Both the position numbers and the translations under genes were made by a program. A model generated the notes under the pieces. It was not told the DNA's origin. It saw only the letters and a program-made list of their open reading frames with translations, and did no database searches. Below, piece after piece: positions 34,432 through 44,764 of a DNA stretch of 64,000 nucleotides; position 1 is the first letter of the stretch, and each line of letters starts with the position of its first letter. Source of the stretch: an uncultured Candidatus Rokubacteria bacterium (GTDB lineage: Bacteria > Methylomirabilota > Methylomirabilia > Rokubacteriales > CSP1-6); assembly GCA_963789955.1 (NCBI GenBank), contig CAWBMV010000037.1, positions 416,001 to 480,000 of the forward strand. Direction: 5' to 3'.

Positions 34432-35125
34432 CGACATCGCGCAGCTCATCGTCGAGGCGGCCGCGCGTCAGGCGACGCCCGTCCTGTCCGGCGATCTGCT
34501 CGTGATCGGCCAGAAGATCGTGTCGAAGGCCGAGGGCCGGCTCGTGAAGCTCGCGGACGTGCAGCCCTCGCCGATCGCGCTGGCGATGGCACCCGGGCTC
34601 GCCAAGGATCCGCGCCTGGTCGAGGTGATCCTCGCCGAATCGCGCCGCGTCGTCCGCATGGACAAAGGCGTCCTCATCACCGAGACCCATCACGGCTGGA
34701 TCTGCGCCAACGCCGGCATCGATCAGTCGAACGTCGACGCGGATTCGGTCGCGCTCCTGCCCGAGGATTCCGACCGCTCGGCGCGAGCGGTGCGGGATCG
34801 CGTGCGCGCGCTCCTCGGTGTCGACGTGTTCGTGATCGTCACCGACACGTTCGGCCGGCCCTGGCGCGAGGGGTTGACCAACGTGGCCATCGGCATCGCC
34901 GGATTCGCGCCGCTCCTGAGCTACCTCGGCGAGCGCGATCCGGCCGGCCGCCCGCTGCAAGCCACCATCCTGGCGCTCGCCGACGAGCTCGCCGGCGCGG
35001 CGGAGCCGGTCATGGGCAAGCTCGACCGCATTCCGGCCGCGATCGTGCGCGGGCTCGCGCTCAGGCCGAGCGAGGAAGGCTCGAAACCGCTCCTGCGCGA
35101 GCCGGCGCGCGATCTCTTTCGCTGA
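34376..35125 (+). CDS. cofE: F420-0:L-glutamate ligase CofE (no C-terminal nitroreductase domain)
   Basis: GEVRPGDD, KIVSKAEGR, ANAGIDQSN, TDTFGRPWREG, DELA, RDLFR. Confidence 0.95.
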   Translation: MTRYEVIGVAGIGEVRPGDDIAQLIVEAAARQATPVLSGDLLVIGQKIVSKAEGRLVKLADVQPSPIALAMAPGLAKDPRLVEVILAESRRVVRMDKGVLITETHHGWICANAGIDQSNVDADSVALLPEDSDRSARAVRDRVRALLGVDVFVIVTDTFGRPWREGLTNVAIGIAGFAPLLSYLGERDPAGRPLQATILALADELAGAAEPVMGKLDRIPAAIVRGLALRPSEEGSKPLLREPARDLFR

Positions 35126-35136
35126 ACGGTGAGGCC

Positions 35137-35782
35137 ATGAACATCGCGATTCTCGGGGGAACGGGCAAAGAAGGGGCCGGGCTGGGCACACGCTGGGCGC
35201 TGCTCGGCCATTCGATCATCATCGGCTCGCGCGACGCCGAGCGGGCGAAAGCCAAGGCCGCCGAGCTCCGCGAGCAGACGCAGAAGCTCCCGATCATGGG
35301 CGAGTCCAACGCCGAGGCGGCACGCCTGGGCTCCGTGATCGTCGTCGCGCTGCCGGCGACGGGGCTCGCGGCCACGCTCCCCGAGGTGCGGGACGGCTGC
35401 CGCGGCAAGGTCGTCATCTCGCACGGTCGTGCCGCTCACGTTCGGCGGCCCGCGCCTTTTCACGCCGCCGCCGGCGGGGTCGTCGGCGGAGGAAGCGCAG
35501 GCGCTCCTGCCCGACGCCAAGGTCGTCGCGGCCTTCCACCACATCGCCGCCCACGAGCTGTCCGAGACCGAGCACGCGATCGAGTGCGATCTGCTCCTCT
35601 GCGGTGGTGACGCCTCCGCCAAGGAAGTCGTCGGTGAGCTGGGGCGCTCGATGGGGCTCCGGCCGATCGACGTCGGCGGGCTCAGCAACGCCGGACCGCT
35701 CGAGGGCATCACCGCGGTCCTCGCCACGATCAACCGGCGCTACAAGCTGAAGAACTCCGGCATCAAGATCACCGGCCTCTGA
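35137..35782 (+). CDS. npdG: NADPH-dependent F420 reductase, frameshift near 35420
   Basis: IAILGGTGKEGAGL..RW, IGSR..ERA, S.AEEAQ, VVAAFH, L.NA..LE.IT.VL..IN. Confidence 0.9.
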
Positions 35783-35798
35783 GCCGCCCGCTCGCCGC

Positions 35799-36255
35799 TC
35801 AGGCGCGAGAGACGGCGAGCCCGAGGTAGACGATCACGACCGCGAGCAGCAGCACGACGCGATCCATCCACGCGATCGCCGAGAGCGCCGGGCTCGGATC
35901 GTCGCCGGCGGCCACCGCGCGCGTCAGACGCGGCACCTGCGCGAAATCACGCTGACCGGCGACCGCGACCGCCGCGAGCACGAGCATGAACTTGAGCGCC
36001 AGCAGGAGCGCGGCGCCGCTCTGCAGCACGCGATCGAGCGGGCCGAGCAGGGTCACGTTGTAGAGCCCGGTCAGCACCACCAGGGCGACCGCCGACCCAT
36101 GTGACGCGCCGGCCGCGGCGCAGCATCTCGGCCAGCGGCGTGCCGCTGTTCCGCCGAGCCGCGGGCATGACCACGTGAGCCTGATACATGAGCCCGCCGA
36201 TCCACACCACGACGCCCAGCAGATGGAGCCACACCGAGACGAGCGACGTCGTCAC
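35799..36255 (-). CDS. CopD/DUF4149-like membrane protein, frameshifted
   Basis: WLHLLGVVVWIGGL; LVVLTGLYN; LALKFMLV; four TM segments. Confidence 0.6.
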
Positions 36256-36944
36256 GAGGCCCCGTCGGCCAGGCGCGCCACCACGCGCTCGACGTCCGCG
36301 AGATTGCTGAAGAGCACGTCGGGGCGGTGCCCCGCCAGCTCCTCGACCGGGTACTGACCCGTCGCGACCGCGACGGCCACCGCGCCGCAGCCGCGGGCGC
36401 ACGCGATGTCCAGCGGGGTGTCGCCGATGATCGTGACGCGATCGAACGTGAACTCGTGACCGAGGGCGCGCGCCCGCTCGCGCGCGATCGCGGGCAGGCG
36501 CAGCCGGTCGGCGTCGTCGCCGCCGTAGGCGGCCACGCGGAAGAACGGCCAGAGACCGGTCGGCTCGAGCTTGATGCGGGCTCCGGCTTCGATGTTCCCG
36601 GTCAAGAGCCCGACGACCGCGTCCGGCCGCGCGCCGAGCCGCCGGACCACCTCCGCGACGCCGGGCAAGACCTGGATCCGAGAGCCGTCGCCGATGATCC
36701 GCGTGAGCTCGCGCGCGTAGGCCTGGAAGCACGCGTCGACGCGCGCACGAATCCGCTCGCCGTCCAGGCCGGCGTCGGTCATCAGCTCGTGGACGATGCT
36801 CAGGTCGGTCCGCCCGCGGAAATCGTAGCGCTCGATCGTGCCGGCGGTGCCGTACGTTTCCTCGAGCGCGCGCGCGAACGCGGTGCGGCCGGCGCCGCGC
36901 ACGCTCACGAGCGTGCCGTCGATGTCGAACAGGAAGAGCCGCAC
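36252..36944 (-). CDS. HAD-family hydrolase/phosphatase
   Basis: LFDIDGTL, GRTD, LLTGN, IGDTPLDI. Confidence 0.9.
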   Translation of the reverse strand: MRLFLFDIDGTLVSVRGAGRTAFARALEETYGTAGTIERYDFRGRTDLSIVHELMTDAGLDGERIRARVDACFQAYARELTRIIGDGSRIQVLPGVAEVVRRLGARPDAVVGLLTGNIEAGARIKLEPTGLWPFFRVAAYGGDDADRLRLPAIARERARALGHEFTFDRVTIIGDTPLDIACARGCGAVAVAVATGQYPVEELAGHRPDVLFSNLADVERVVARLADGAS

Positions 36945-36945
36945 G

Positions 36946-38154
36946 CTATTGGGACGCGAGGCGGCGGAGGCGGGTGACCACCGCGGGCACCGCATCGAGC
37001 ACGAGGTCGATCTCGCTCGCCGTGGTCCAGCGGCCGAGCGTGAAGCACAGCGAGCCCTCGGCCGTGTCACGGTCGCAGCCGATCGCCCGCAGCACATGCG
37101 ACGGCTCGCCGGTCATGGCCGTGCAGGCCGCGCCCGACGAGGCGGCCACGCCGCGAAGATCGAGATCGGTCAAGGCGCTCTCGGCCTTCACGCCGGGCAC
37201 GACGATCGACGCATGCTGCGGGAGCCGATCCGCGCCGCGGGCGCCGGTCAGGCGAGCGTCCGGAATGCGCGCGAGCAATCCGGCGAGCAGTCGATCACGC
37301 AGCTCGCCGAGCCGCGCCACTTCGCTCGCGACCTCGACCCGCGCCAGGTCGGCCGCGACGCCCATCCCGGCGATCGCCGGCAGGTTCTCGGTGCCGGCGC
37401 GATAGCCGCGCTCCTGTCCGCCGCCCACCGTGAGCGGCGCGAGCTTGACCGACGCGCGCGCCCAGAGGGCGCCGGCGCCCGGCGGCCCGTAGAGATCGTT
37501 CGACGAGAGCGTGAGCAGGTCGATGCGGCAGTCGTCGACGAGGAGCGGGACGCGTCCGGCGGCGCCCACCGCGTCGACGTGGAACGGCACGCCGCGCGCG
37601 CGCGCGATGCGGCCGATCTCGCGAACGGGCTGGATCGTGCCGATCTCGTTGTTCGCCGCCATGACCGAGACGAGCGCCGTCTCGTCGCGGATCGCGTTCG
37701 CCACCGCCTCCGGGTCGATGCGGCCGTCGGCGTCCACGCCCACGTAGGTGACGCTCCAGCCGCGCTTCTCGAGGTCGCGACACGAATCGATCAGCGAGAT
37801 GTGCTCGATCGCTGAGGTGACGATGTGCCGGCCGGCGGCCCGCTGGGCCAGTCCCTTGACGGCGAGGTTGTTCGCCTCGGTGGCGCTGGCGGTGAAGATC
37901 ACGCCGCCGGGTGTCGCGGCGAAGAGCCGCGCGACCTTGGCCCGGGCTCCGTCCAGGGTCGAGCGGGCTTCGAGCCCCAGCGAGTGCTGGGCGTTCGGAT
38001 TGCCGACGCCCCCCTCGAAGAACGGCCGCATGACCGCCACCACGCGGGGATCGACCGGGGAGAAGCCCGCGTAGTCGAGGTAGACGCGGGCCCCCGCGGA
38101 GGGGAGCCCGGTTCTAGCGAGCCTTTCGGACGAAGAAGCGGAAGACCGCGCCAT
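36946..38154 (-). CDS. IscS/NifS-like class V aminotransferase-fold protein with Asp in place of the PLP lysine
   Basis: YLDYA, FTASATEANN, ANNEIGTIQP, GGQERG.RAGTEN and SSGAACT conserved; SxHK replaced by SSND. Confidence 0.9.
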   Translation of the reverse strand: MARSSASSSERLARTGLPSAGARVYLDYAGFSPVDPRVVAVMRPFFEGGVGNPNAQHSLGLEARSTLDGARAKVARLFAATPGGVIFTASATEANNLAVKGLAQRAAGRHIVTSAIEHISLIDSCRDLEKRGWSVTYVGVDADGRIDPEAVANAIRDETALVSVMAANNEIGTIQPVREIGRIARARGVPFHVDAVGAAGRVPLLVDDCRIDLLTLSSNDLYGPPGAGALWARASVKLAPLTVGGGQERGYRAGTENLPAIAGMGVAADLARVEVASEVARLGELRDRLLAGLLARIPDARLTGARGADRLPQHASIVVPGVKAESALTDLDLRGVAASSGAACTAMTGEPSHVLRAIGCDRDTAEGSLCFTLGRWTTASEIDLVLDAVPAVVTRLRRLASQ

Positions 38155-38350
38155 TTCTCTGCATCTCCAAGAGCTCGTTGCCGGTTCGCATCGACCAGCT
38201 CTTCATGTCCGCCTCGGAGCCGGGATCGTCCGACGTGACCTCCAGCACCTGGCCCGGATCCATGTGCTTGAGCGCCTCGCGCGTCTTGACGATCGGCATC
38301 GGGCAAAAGAGCCCGAGGCAATCGAGCGTCTTGTCGGCAACGACGGGCAT
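38114..38350 (-). CDS. tusA: Sulfur carrier protein TusA/SirA family
   Basis: LDCLGLFCPMPIVKT, GQVLEVTSDDPGS..D. Confidence 0.9.
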   Translation of the reverse strand: MPVVADKTLDCLGLFCPMPIVKTREALKHMDPGQVLEVTSDDPGSEADMKSWSMRTGNELLEMQRNGAVFRFFVRKAR

Positions 38351-38799
38351 ATGGGCTATTTCCTTGAAAATTCTGACATCGACCGTGGTGCTCACGCAAT
38401 CTTTCCTGCCGAGGTTAGCACAGGCCTCGAATCGGCCGCTCGCAATGCCCGTTCTCCTGTGGGGACTGCTCGTCCACGGGCCGGTCCCCTCCGCTATACT
38501 CCGTGGCCTCCGGCCGCGGCACCCGCAGGTTGCCGCCCGCGGGGACATCAGGTTCACGGCAATCTGCGCGCCCGGCTCCGGAGCAACCACGCTCGGGTCC
38601 ACGGGTGTCGTTGAAGGCCCGCCGAGCCTACGAGAGGCGGGGCCGATAGACTGGGTGTCATGAAGCGTCGTCCTGCATGTCGCAGGGTATACGACGGACG
38701 TTGCCACGGTCGTCGGCTGGAGCCGACCGCTGCTACCCTGAGGCTCATGCTGTCGCGCGCGACGAGAGGTCTGCGCCCGCCTTCCACTGCCCACGGCCC

Positions 38800-40343
38800 A
38801 TGGACCTAGAGCATTTCGGTCTTCGCGAGCGTCCGTTCTCGAACGCGCCCGATCTTCGATTCGTCTATATGGGCGCGCACCACGAGCAGGCGCTCGCGTA
38901 TCTGCTCCACAGCGTGGAGGCGCACGCGGGGGTCGTCCTCCTCACCGGAGAGAGCGGTGTCGGCAAGACGACGACGTGTCGCGTGCTCCTGAACCGGCTG
39001 CCCGAGCGCGTCGACGTGGCGTTGATCCTCAATCCCGTGCCGACTCCCGCGGAGCTCGTTTCCGTCATCTGTGACGAGCTCGGGGTGCCCCACGGGATGG
39101 AGGTGTCCGCCCCGATGGTCCTCGACACCCTCCACCGGGAGCTGGCGGTCCGTCGCAGCACGCGGCGCACGGTTCTGATCGTGGACGAAGCGCAGAACCT
39201 GAGTCTGGAGGTGTTCGAGCAGCTCTGCGTTCTCTCGAACTTGAAAACCGACGGACGGAAGCTTCTCGAGATCATCCTGGTCGGCGAACCGGAGCTCATG
39301 GAGCTCGTGGCGCGCACGGCTCTGCATCCGCCCTCGCAGGCGACGACGGGCTACTATCTGATGCCCTTCGCGGAGGACGAGACCTGCGCGTACGTGCGCC
39401 ACCGGCTGGCCATCGCGGGCGGCCGCGACGTTTTCGAGAACGAAGCGCTGCGAGACGTGCATCGTCTGTCGTCCGGCGTCCCCCGTCTGATCAACACCAT
39501 TTGCGATCGGGCGCTCTCGAGAACGGTCGCGCAGGGGCGTCGACGCGTCGACCGGGCCACCGTCCGCGCGGCCGCGCGCTCCACTTTGGCTCCCGCCGCC
39601 GCCGACTCAGCGGCGCTCGAGACTCGGGCAGACGTAGCTCGGGAAGCGGGTCCGCGGGTCAAGTACGTGACGACCCCGCGGGGGCGGCGGTAAGGGCGCG
39701 GCGGCCGCTCCGGCTGTGGCTCGTGAGCGGCGCGCTCGCTCTCAGCGCGATCATGATCGGCGCCGTGCTCCTGGGTCCCCGTTCGGCGAATGTCGGGGCG
39801 CCTTCGCCCGAGTCGCCTGCCCCGACGGAGACCGCCGGCACGGTCGAACCGTCAGGTCAAACGGCACCGGCGGGGCCGCTCCGCCGCGCAGCGAGCAACC
39901 AACTGCAGCCGCGCGTGTCGACGCGACCCGGCAGCCAGACACGGCTCCGGCATCGACCGAGCCCGTCGTGACGGCGCGGCCCGCCCCGGCCCAGCCCGAC
40001 GATGCGCCCCACCCCGCCGGTGGCGAGTTACGCTCCGGCGTCGCCGGCGCCGTCGGACGAGAGCCCGCGGCAGCGACGCCGGCGGGCTCGCGCCGAGCTT
40101 GGGGGAATCGCCTCACCGCCCCCAGCCTCCATTGAGGCCCTTCCTCCCCAGGAGCTGCCGCTCAAAATCGAGATGCTCGTCTGGGCGCCCGAGCCCAGAG
40201 AGCGGATGGTCTATGTAAACGGGCACAGATACGTTGAAGGCGAGACGCTCGCGAACGGCGCGATCCTTCAGCGAATCGAACAGGATGGCATCATCGTGAT
40301 TCAGGCGGGCCAGCGCCTTCGGTTGCGGTCCGAGACGCGATAA
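38800..40343 (+). CDS. ExeA/GspA-like AAA ATPase followed by TM, Pro-rich linker and GspB-like C-terminal domain; probably one frameshifted gene
   Basis: FGLRERPFS.APD, LTGESGVGKTT, IVDEAQNL, GVPRLINTICDRAL; C-terminal LVWA.....RMVYVNG..Y.EG.....G..L..I..DG. Confidence 0.75.
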
Positions 40344-40446
40344 GGCGCTTCCCGATAGCTTTCGCTCAGCAGATCGTGTAGTTACGACACACCGCTCAAA
40401 CTTTTCCTGCGTTGACCGCCTGCAGCGGCAATAGAATAATTGTGTC

Positions 40447-41400
40447 ATGTCGCGTGAGTCCGGCGATATCGCGTCCACGGGCCGCCTGCTGAGGCGTAAA
40501 GTCCTGCTGGCGCTCACTCTTTCGTCGCTGATTCCGCTACTGGTGCTGGCCTACGTGGTGTACCGCTACGTGCGGCCCGACCTGCACCCGGCGGACGTCA
40601 TGAAGTTCTACGGGCTCCACGCCCTCCTGCTGTTCACAGTCCTCGCCATGGTCGGCGGGGCATACATCATCTGGGATCTCGGCCGCGCCTTCGCGAAGAT
40701 CGCCGAGCTTCTCTCGCGGGAGCCGAAGCTCGCCGAGCTGGGCGGCCGCAGCGACGAGGTCGGCACTCTCATGCGGTCGTTCTCGAACATGCTCGGGACC
40801 GTCGAGCAGCAGGCGATCGACATCAACACGTTCGCCATGCGGCTCGACGCCGCGTACCGCGAGCTCGAAGCGACCAACGCCAAGCTCAAGGAGACCTCGT
40901 TCAAGGACGAGGTCACCGGTCTCTACAATCGACGCTTCTTCTCGCTCCGCCTCGAGGAGGAGATTTCACGCTTCAGGCGGTTCAATCACCCGGTTTCCGT
41001 CGTGGTGCTCGACCTTGACGGGTTCAAGAGCGTCAACGACGAGTTCGGCCACGCGGTCGGCGACGAGACGCTGCGCGATGTCGGTCAGATCCTCATGAAG
41101 CACTCGCGCGGCATCAACGTCGTCTCCCGATACGGCGGCGACGAGTTCGCCGTCCTGCTGGTCGAGACGTCCAAGAGCGGCGCTCGGCTCTACGCGGACC
41201 GGATACGGCAGGTCGTCGCGACCTTCCCCTACTCGCACGGCACGCGCGTCACCGCGAGCTTCGGCGTCGCCAGTCTTCCCGACGACGAAGCCTCGACGTC
41301 GGAGGAGCTGTTCCGCGCCGCCGACGGAGCGCTCTACGCTGCGAAGCGAGCGGGCAAGAACCAGGTCGTGGCGGCTGGTCCGGGTCAGAAGGTAGATTGA
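40447..41400 (+). CDS. Membrane diguanylate cyclase
   Basis: Two TM segments, DEVTGLYNRR, DLDGFKSVND.FGH..GD, RYGGDEF. Confidence 0.93.
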   Translation: MSRESGDIASTGRLLRRKVLLALTLSSLIPLLVLAYVVYRYVRPDLHPADVMKFYGLHALLLFTVLAMVGGAYIIWDLGRAFAKIAELLSREPKLAELGGRSDEVGTLMRSFSNMLGTVEQQAIDINTFAMRLDAAYRELEATNAKLKETSFKDEVTGLYNRRFFSLRLEEEISRFRRFNHPVSVVVLDLDGFKSVNDEFGHAVGDETLRDVGQILMKHSRGINVVSRYGGDEFAVLLVETSKSGARLYADRIRQVVATFPYSHGTRVTASFGVASLPDDEASTSEELFRAADGALYAAKRAGKNQVVAAGPGQKVD

Positions 41401-41401
41401 C

Positions 41402-42466
41402 ATGGGGCAGCGAGAGGTTCTGATCGTCGACGACGATCGGCAGGTCCGTGACGTCCTGCACCAGATCTTCCTCGGCGCCGGCTATAAATGCCTCCTCGCC
41501 AACGACGGCCAGGAAGGGGTCGAGGTGTTCCGCGGCGCGATCCGCGAGGCGCGCTCCCCGCTGACCGTCACCGACCTCAAGATGCCGGTCATGGGCGGCA
41601 TCGATCTGCTCCAGCAGGTGCGCCAGGCCGACCCCGACGCCGCCGTCATCGTGCTCACCGGTGCGGCCGACGTGAAGACCGCGATCTCGAGCCTCAAGCT
41701 CGGCGCGTACGACTTCATCATGAAGCCGGTGAACGTCGACGAGCTCCTCATCGCCGCCGATCGCGCGCTCGAGCGCCGCCAGCTCTTGCTGGAGCACCGT
41801 CACTACCAGGAGCTCCTCGAGCGGCGCGTCGAAGAGGCCACGCGTGGGCTGGCACAGCTCAACCGAGAGCTGCAGGATGCCTACCGGACCACCCTCGAGG
41901 CGCTCGGCTCCGCCCTCGACACCCGCGACGTCGGCACCGAATCACACTCGCGCCGCGTCCACGGCTATGCGCTGGCGACCGCGCGCGTGTACGGCGTGCC
42001 GGAGCCGGATCTTCCGGCCCTGGCTCACGGCGTGCTGCTGCACGACATCGGTAAGATCGGGATCCCCGACGGCATCTTGCTGAAACCGGGCCCGTTGACA
42101 GAAGACGAGTGGAAGATCATGCGGCGTCACCCGGAGATCGGCAAGCAGCTGATCGAGAAGATTCCCTTCCTCCAGGGCGCCGTGCCGATCGTCTATTCGC
42201 ACCACGAGAAGTGGGACGGGAGCGGCTATCCGCGGGGCCTCAGGGGCGAGGAGATTCCACTGGGGGCCCGGATCTTCATGGTGGTCGACGCCTTCGACGC
42301 GATCACCTTCGATCGTCCGTACTCGAAGGCCCAGCCCTTCGAGGTCGCCAAGGCCGAGATCAAGCGCTGCTCGGGCAAGCACTTCGACCCCACCGTCGTC
42401 ACGGCGTTCTTCAACGTGCCGGAGACGTTACTCGAGGAGATCCGAAGGAAAAGCGTCGAGCCCTGA
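41402..42466 (+). CDS. Response regulator with HD-GYP phosphodiesterase domain
   Basis: REC (VDDD, TDLKMP, KP); LLHDIGKIG, HHEKWDGSGYP..L.GEEIP..ARI. Confidence 0.93.
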   Translation: MGQREVLIVDDDRQVRDVLHQIFLGAGYKCLLANDGQEGVEVFRGAIREARSPLTVTDLKMPVMGGIDLLQQVRQADPDAAVIVLTGAADVKTAISSLKLGAYDFIMKPVNVDELLIAADRALERRQLLLEHRHYQELLERRVEEATRGLAQLNRELQDAYRTTLEALGSALDTRDVGTESHSRRVHGYALATARVYGVPEPDLPALAHGVLLHDIGKIGIPDGILLKPGPLTEDEWKIMRRHPEIGKQLIEKIPFLQGAVPIVYSHHEKWDGSGYPRGLRGEEIPLGARIFMVVDAFDAITFDRPYSKAQPFEVAKAEIKRCSGKHFDPTVVTAFFNVPETLLEEIRRKSVEP

Positions 42467-42477
42467 ACGCGCCGGGC

Positions 42478-44641
42478 TCAGGCCCGCGCGTCCATCCCGA
42501 GCTCTTCACACAGGCGGCGCACCCGCGCGAAGGCCGCCACCAGGTCGTCCTCGGAAAGCCCCAGCTCCAGACCGCGCTTCACGAGCCCGTGCAGGTCGCC
42601 GGCGGCGACGATCGCTTCGTCGCGGCTTCCGGCTTCGGCGAGACGACGGATCGACAGCGCGCGCACCGCGGCGATGCCCTCGAGCGCGCGAACGACCGCC
42701 CCCCGCGTCTCGGCCTGACGCTCCGGGCCGATCGACGTGAAGCGGAGCGCGTGGATCAGCGGGTCGAGCGCTTGTTCGTAGTCGCCCGCATCGAGCCGCC
42801 GGCTCCCGAGCTCCGCGTACCCCCACCAGAGCCGCTGATCGACCTCGTCACGCCGTGTCGGTGGAAGCGCGTCGGAGGGGATCGTCTGGAGCAGGTCCTC
42901 GGCGCGCTGAAGCGCTCCCACCGCCTCGGACTCACGACCCTCCTGCATGCCGAGGATCGCCTGCGCCGTCAGCTGACCGATCTCGCCGCCGAACGTGCCG
43001 GAGATCAGGCCGCGAAACCCGGCGGCGCGCGCCGCCGGCAGCGTGGGATCGTCCAGCGCCTCGTGAAGGATCTGTCGTGCGCCCGAGAACTCCTGCCGCT
43101 GCAGCAGGGACGTCGCGGCCTGTTCGTAGGCCTGCCAGAGCGCCTCGTGCGAGGCCGCGTGCGCGTCGGTCAATGCGGTGTCGGCCGGCACCACCGCCAG
43201 CCCGCGCTCGGTCCACGCGATGGCCGCGCGGGTCAGCGCTATCCGATCGCCCGCGTCGTGGCTCCCGGCTCGCGCGAGCCGCGCCTGGGCGGCCTCGAGC
43301 GCGAGCGTGGCCAGATGGCGGCGATACGTCGACCGCTCGGGCTCCGCGGCCGAGTCGATCGACGATTCGAGCGCCGCATGCGCGCCGTCGTCGTCGCCGA
43401 GCGCTTGTTTCGCGAGCCCGACCACCGACCAGAGCGCCGCGGTCTCGCGTGAAGGACCGGCCGCGGGCTGCCGCTGCATCTCGGCCAGCGCCGGCTCGCC
43501 GGCGGACAGGACCTCGCCGAATCGCTTCTCCTGATACAGCACGAAGCACCGCTCGACCAGCGGTGTGTCTCGACCGAGCGTCGTCTCGCCTCTCGGCCCG
43601 GCGTCCGGAGGCGGCAGCGGGATCCTCGTGGACGCCTCGACCGGAGCCAGTGGTGCGACGTGGCTCGACGGAGGCTCCACGCCGGACCGCTCTTGCGGCC
43701 CAGGACGCAGCACCCGGTGTGGCCGCGCGTGCGGCGAGATCTTGCTCCGGCGCCGCCTCGGCGGCTCCGGAGGCTGCACGGGCTGCGGTGGCTCCACGGG
43801 CTCCTGCGGCGGAGCGACAGGCTCGAAATGACGGTGGAATGCGCACGATCGGTTGCGGCCCGGGCTCGATGATGGGCGGCGCCGGCTCGATCGGCTTCGG
43901 CTCGGCCTCGACCTCGGACGGCACAAGGTCGACCACGGGCTCCGGCTCGAACCACGATGACTCGGGTTCGAGTCGCGGCGACGCGGCCTCGAACGGGGGC
44001 GGCTCGCTCTCGAAACGCGGCGGCTCGGGTTCGTTCGGTGCCGACTCGTGTTCAAACCATGGTTCGCGTCGTGACGGCTCCGGCTCGAATCGAGGTGGAT
44101 CGGCCTCGAACCGCGGTGGCTCGGGCTCGATCGGTTGCGGCTCTGGCTCGATCGTGAGCGGCGTGTCGTCGGCCCGAGCGCGCGCGGGCTCGATCGGCTC
44201 GGGCTCGACCTCGACGGCCGGCGGTGCGATGTAGGCAGGCTCCGGTGGCGCCACGGGCTCCTCGATCGGTTCGGGCGGCGTGGGCGCCGTGAGCGGCTGC
44301 TCGGGCTCCGGAGAGCGTTCCGGAACGACGTATCCGACGGGTCGAAGGGGGCGCATTTCTTCGCGCGGCAACGGAGGCGGCACATAGTCGGCCGGCGGCG
44401 GAAATGCGAATCCGCCGGCCGGTCGCGTGGCAGACGGCGAGTCGACCAGCCTGCGCGGCAGGATGCTCTGAGCCGGGCGCGGGGGCGTGACGGTCAGGGA
44501 CGGACGCGCCGGCGTCGGCTCGACCCCGGAGTGGCGCGGGCGACGCGACCGAGTCGGCCACACCAGCTCGAGGACACCGAGCACGAGCAGCGCGCACGCG
44601 CCAACGACGGCGGCGAGAATGAGCGCTTCTTCACTCAGCAC
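42478..44641 (-). CDS. Membrane-anchored protein with Pro/Glu repeat linker and C-terminal TPR-like domain, frameshift near 43830
   Basis: N-terminal TM segment; EPEPPRFE-like repeats; helical C-terminal half. Confidence 0.6.
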
Positions 44642-44764
44642 GCGAGGTTAACCCGCCTCAGCACCTACGACCATTGAACCTGGGACATGGTAGTCACGGC
44701 AAGAAGAATTGGTCGAGCCGAACGCCGCGAATTTTAATGCTAGCATGCGAGCAGGAGGACATTC

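Noticed and set aside
36252..36944. HAD phosphatase as the missing ribityl-pyrimidine phosphatase for FO synthesis
   Set aside because: It is on the opposite strand in the tusA/IscS-like operon; only proximity supports the idea
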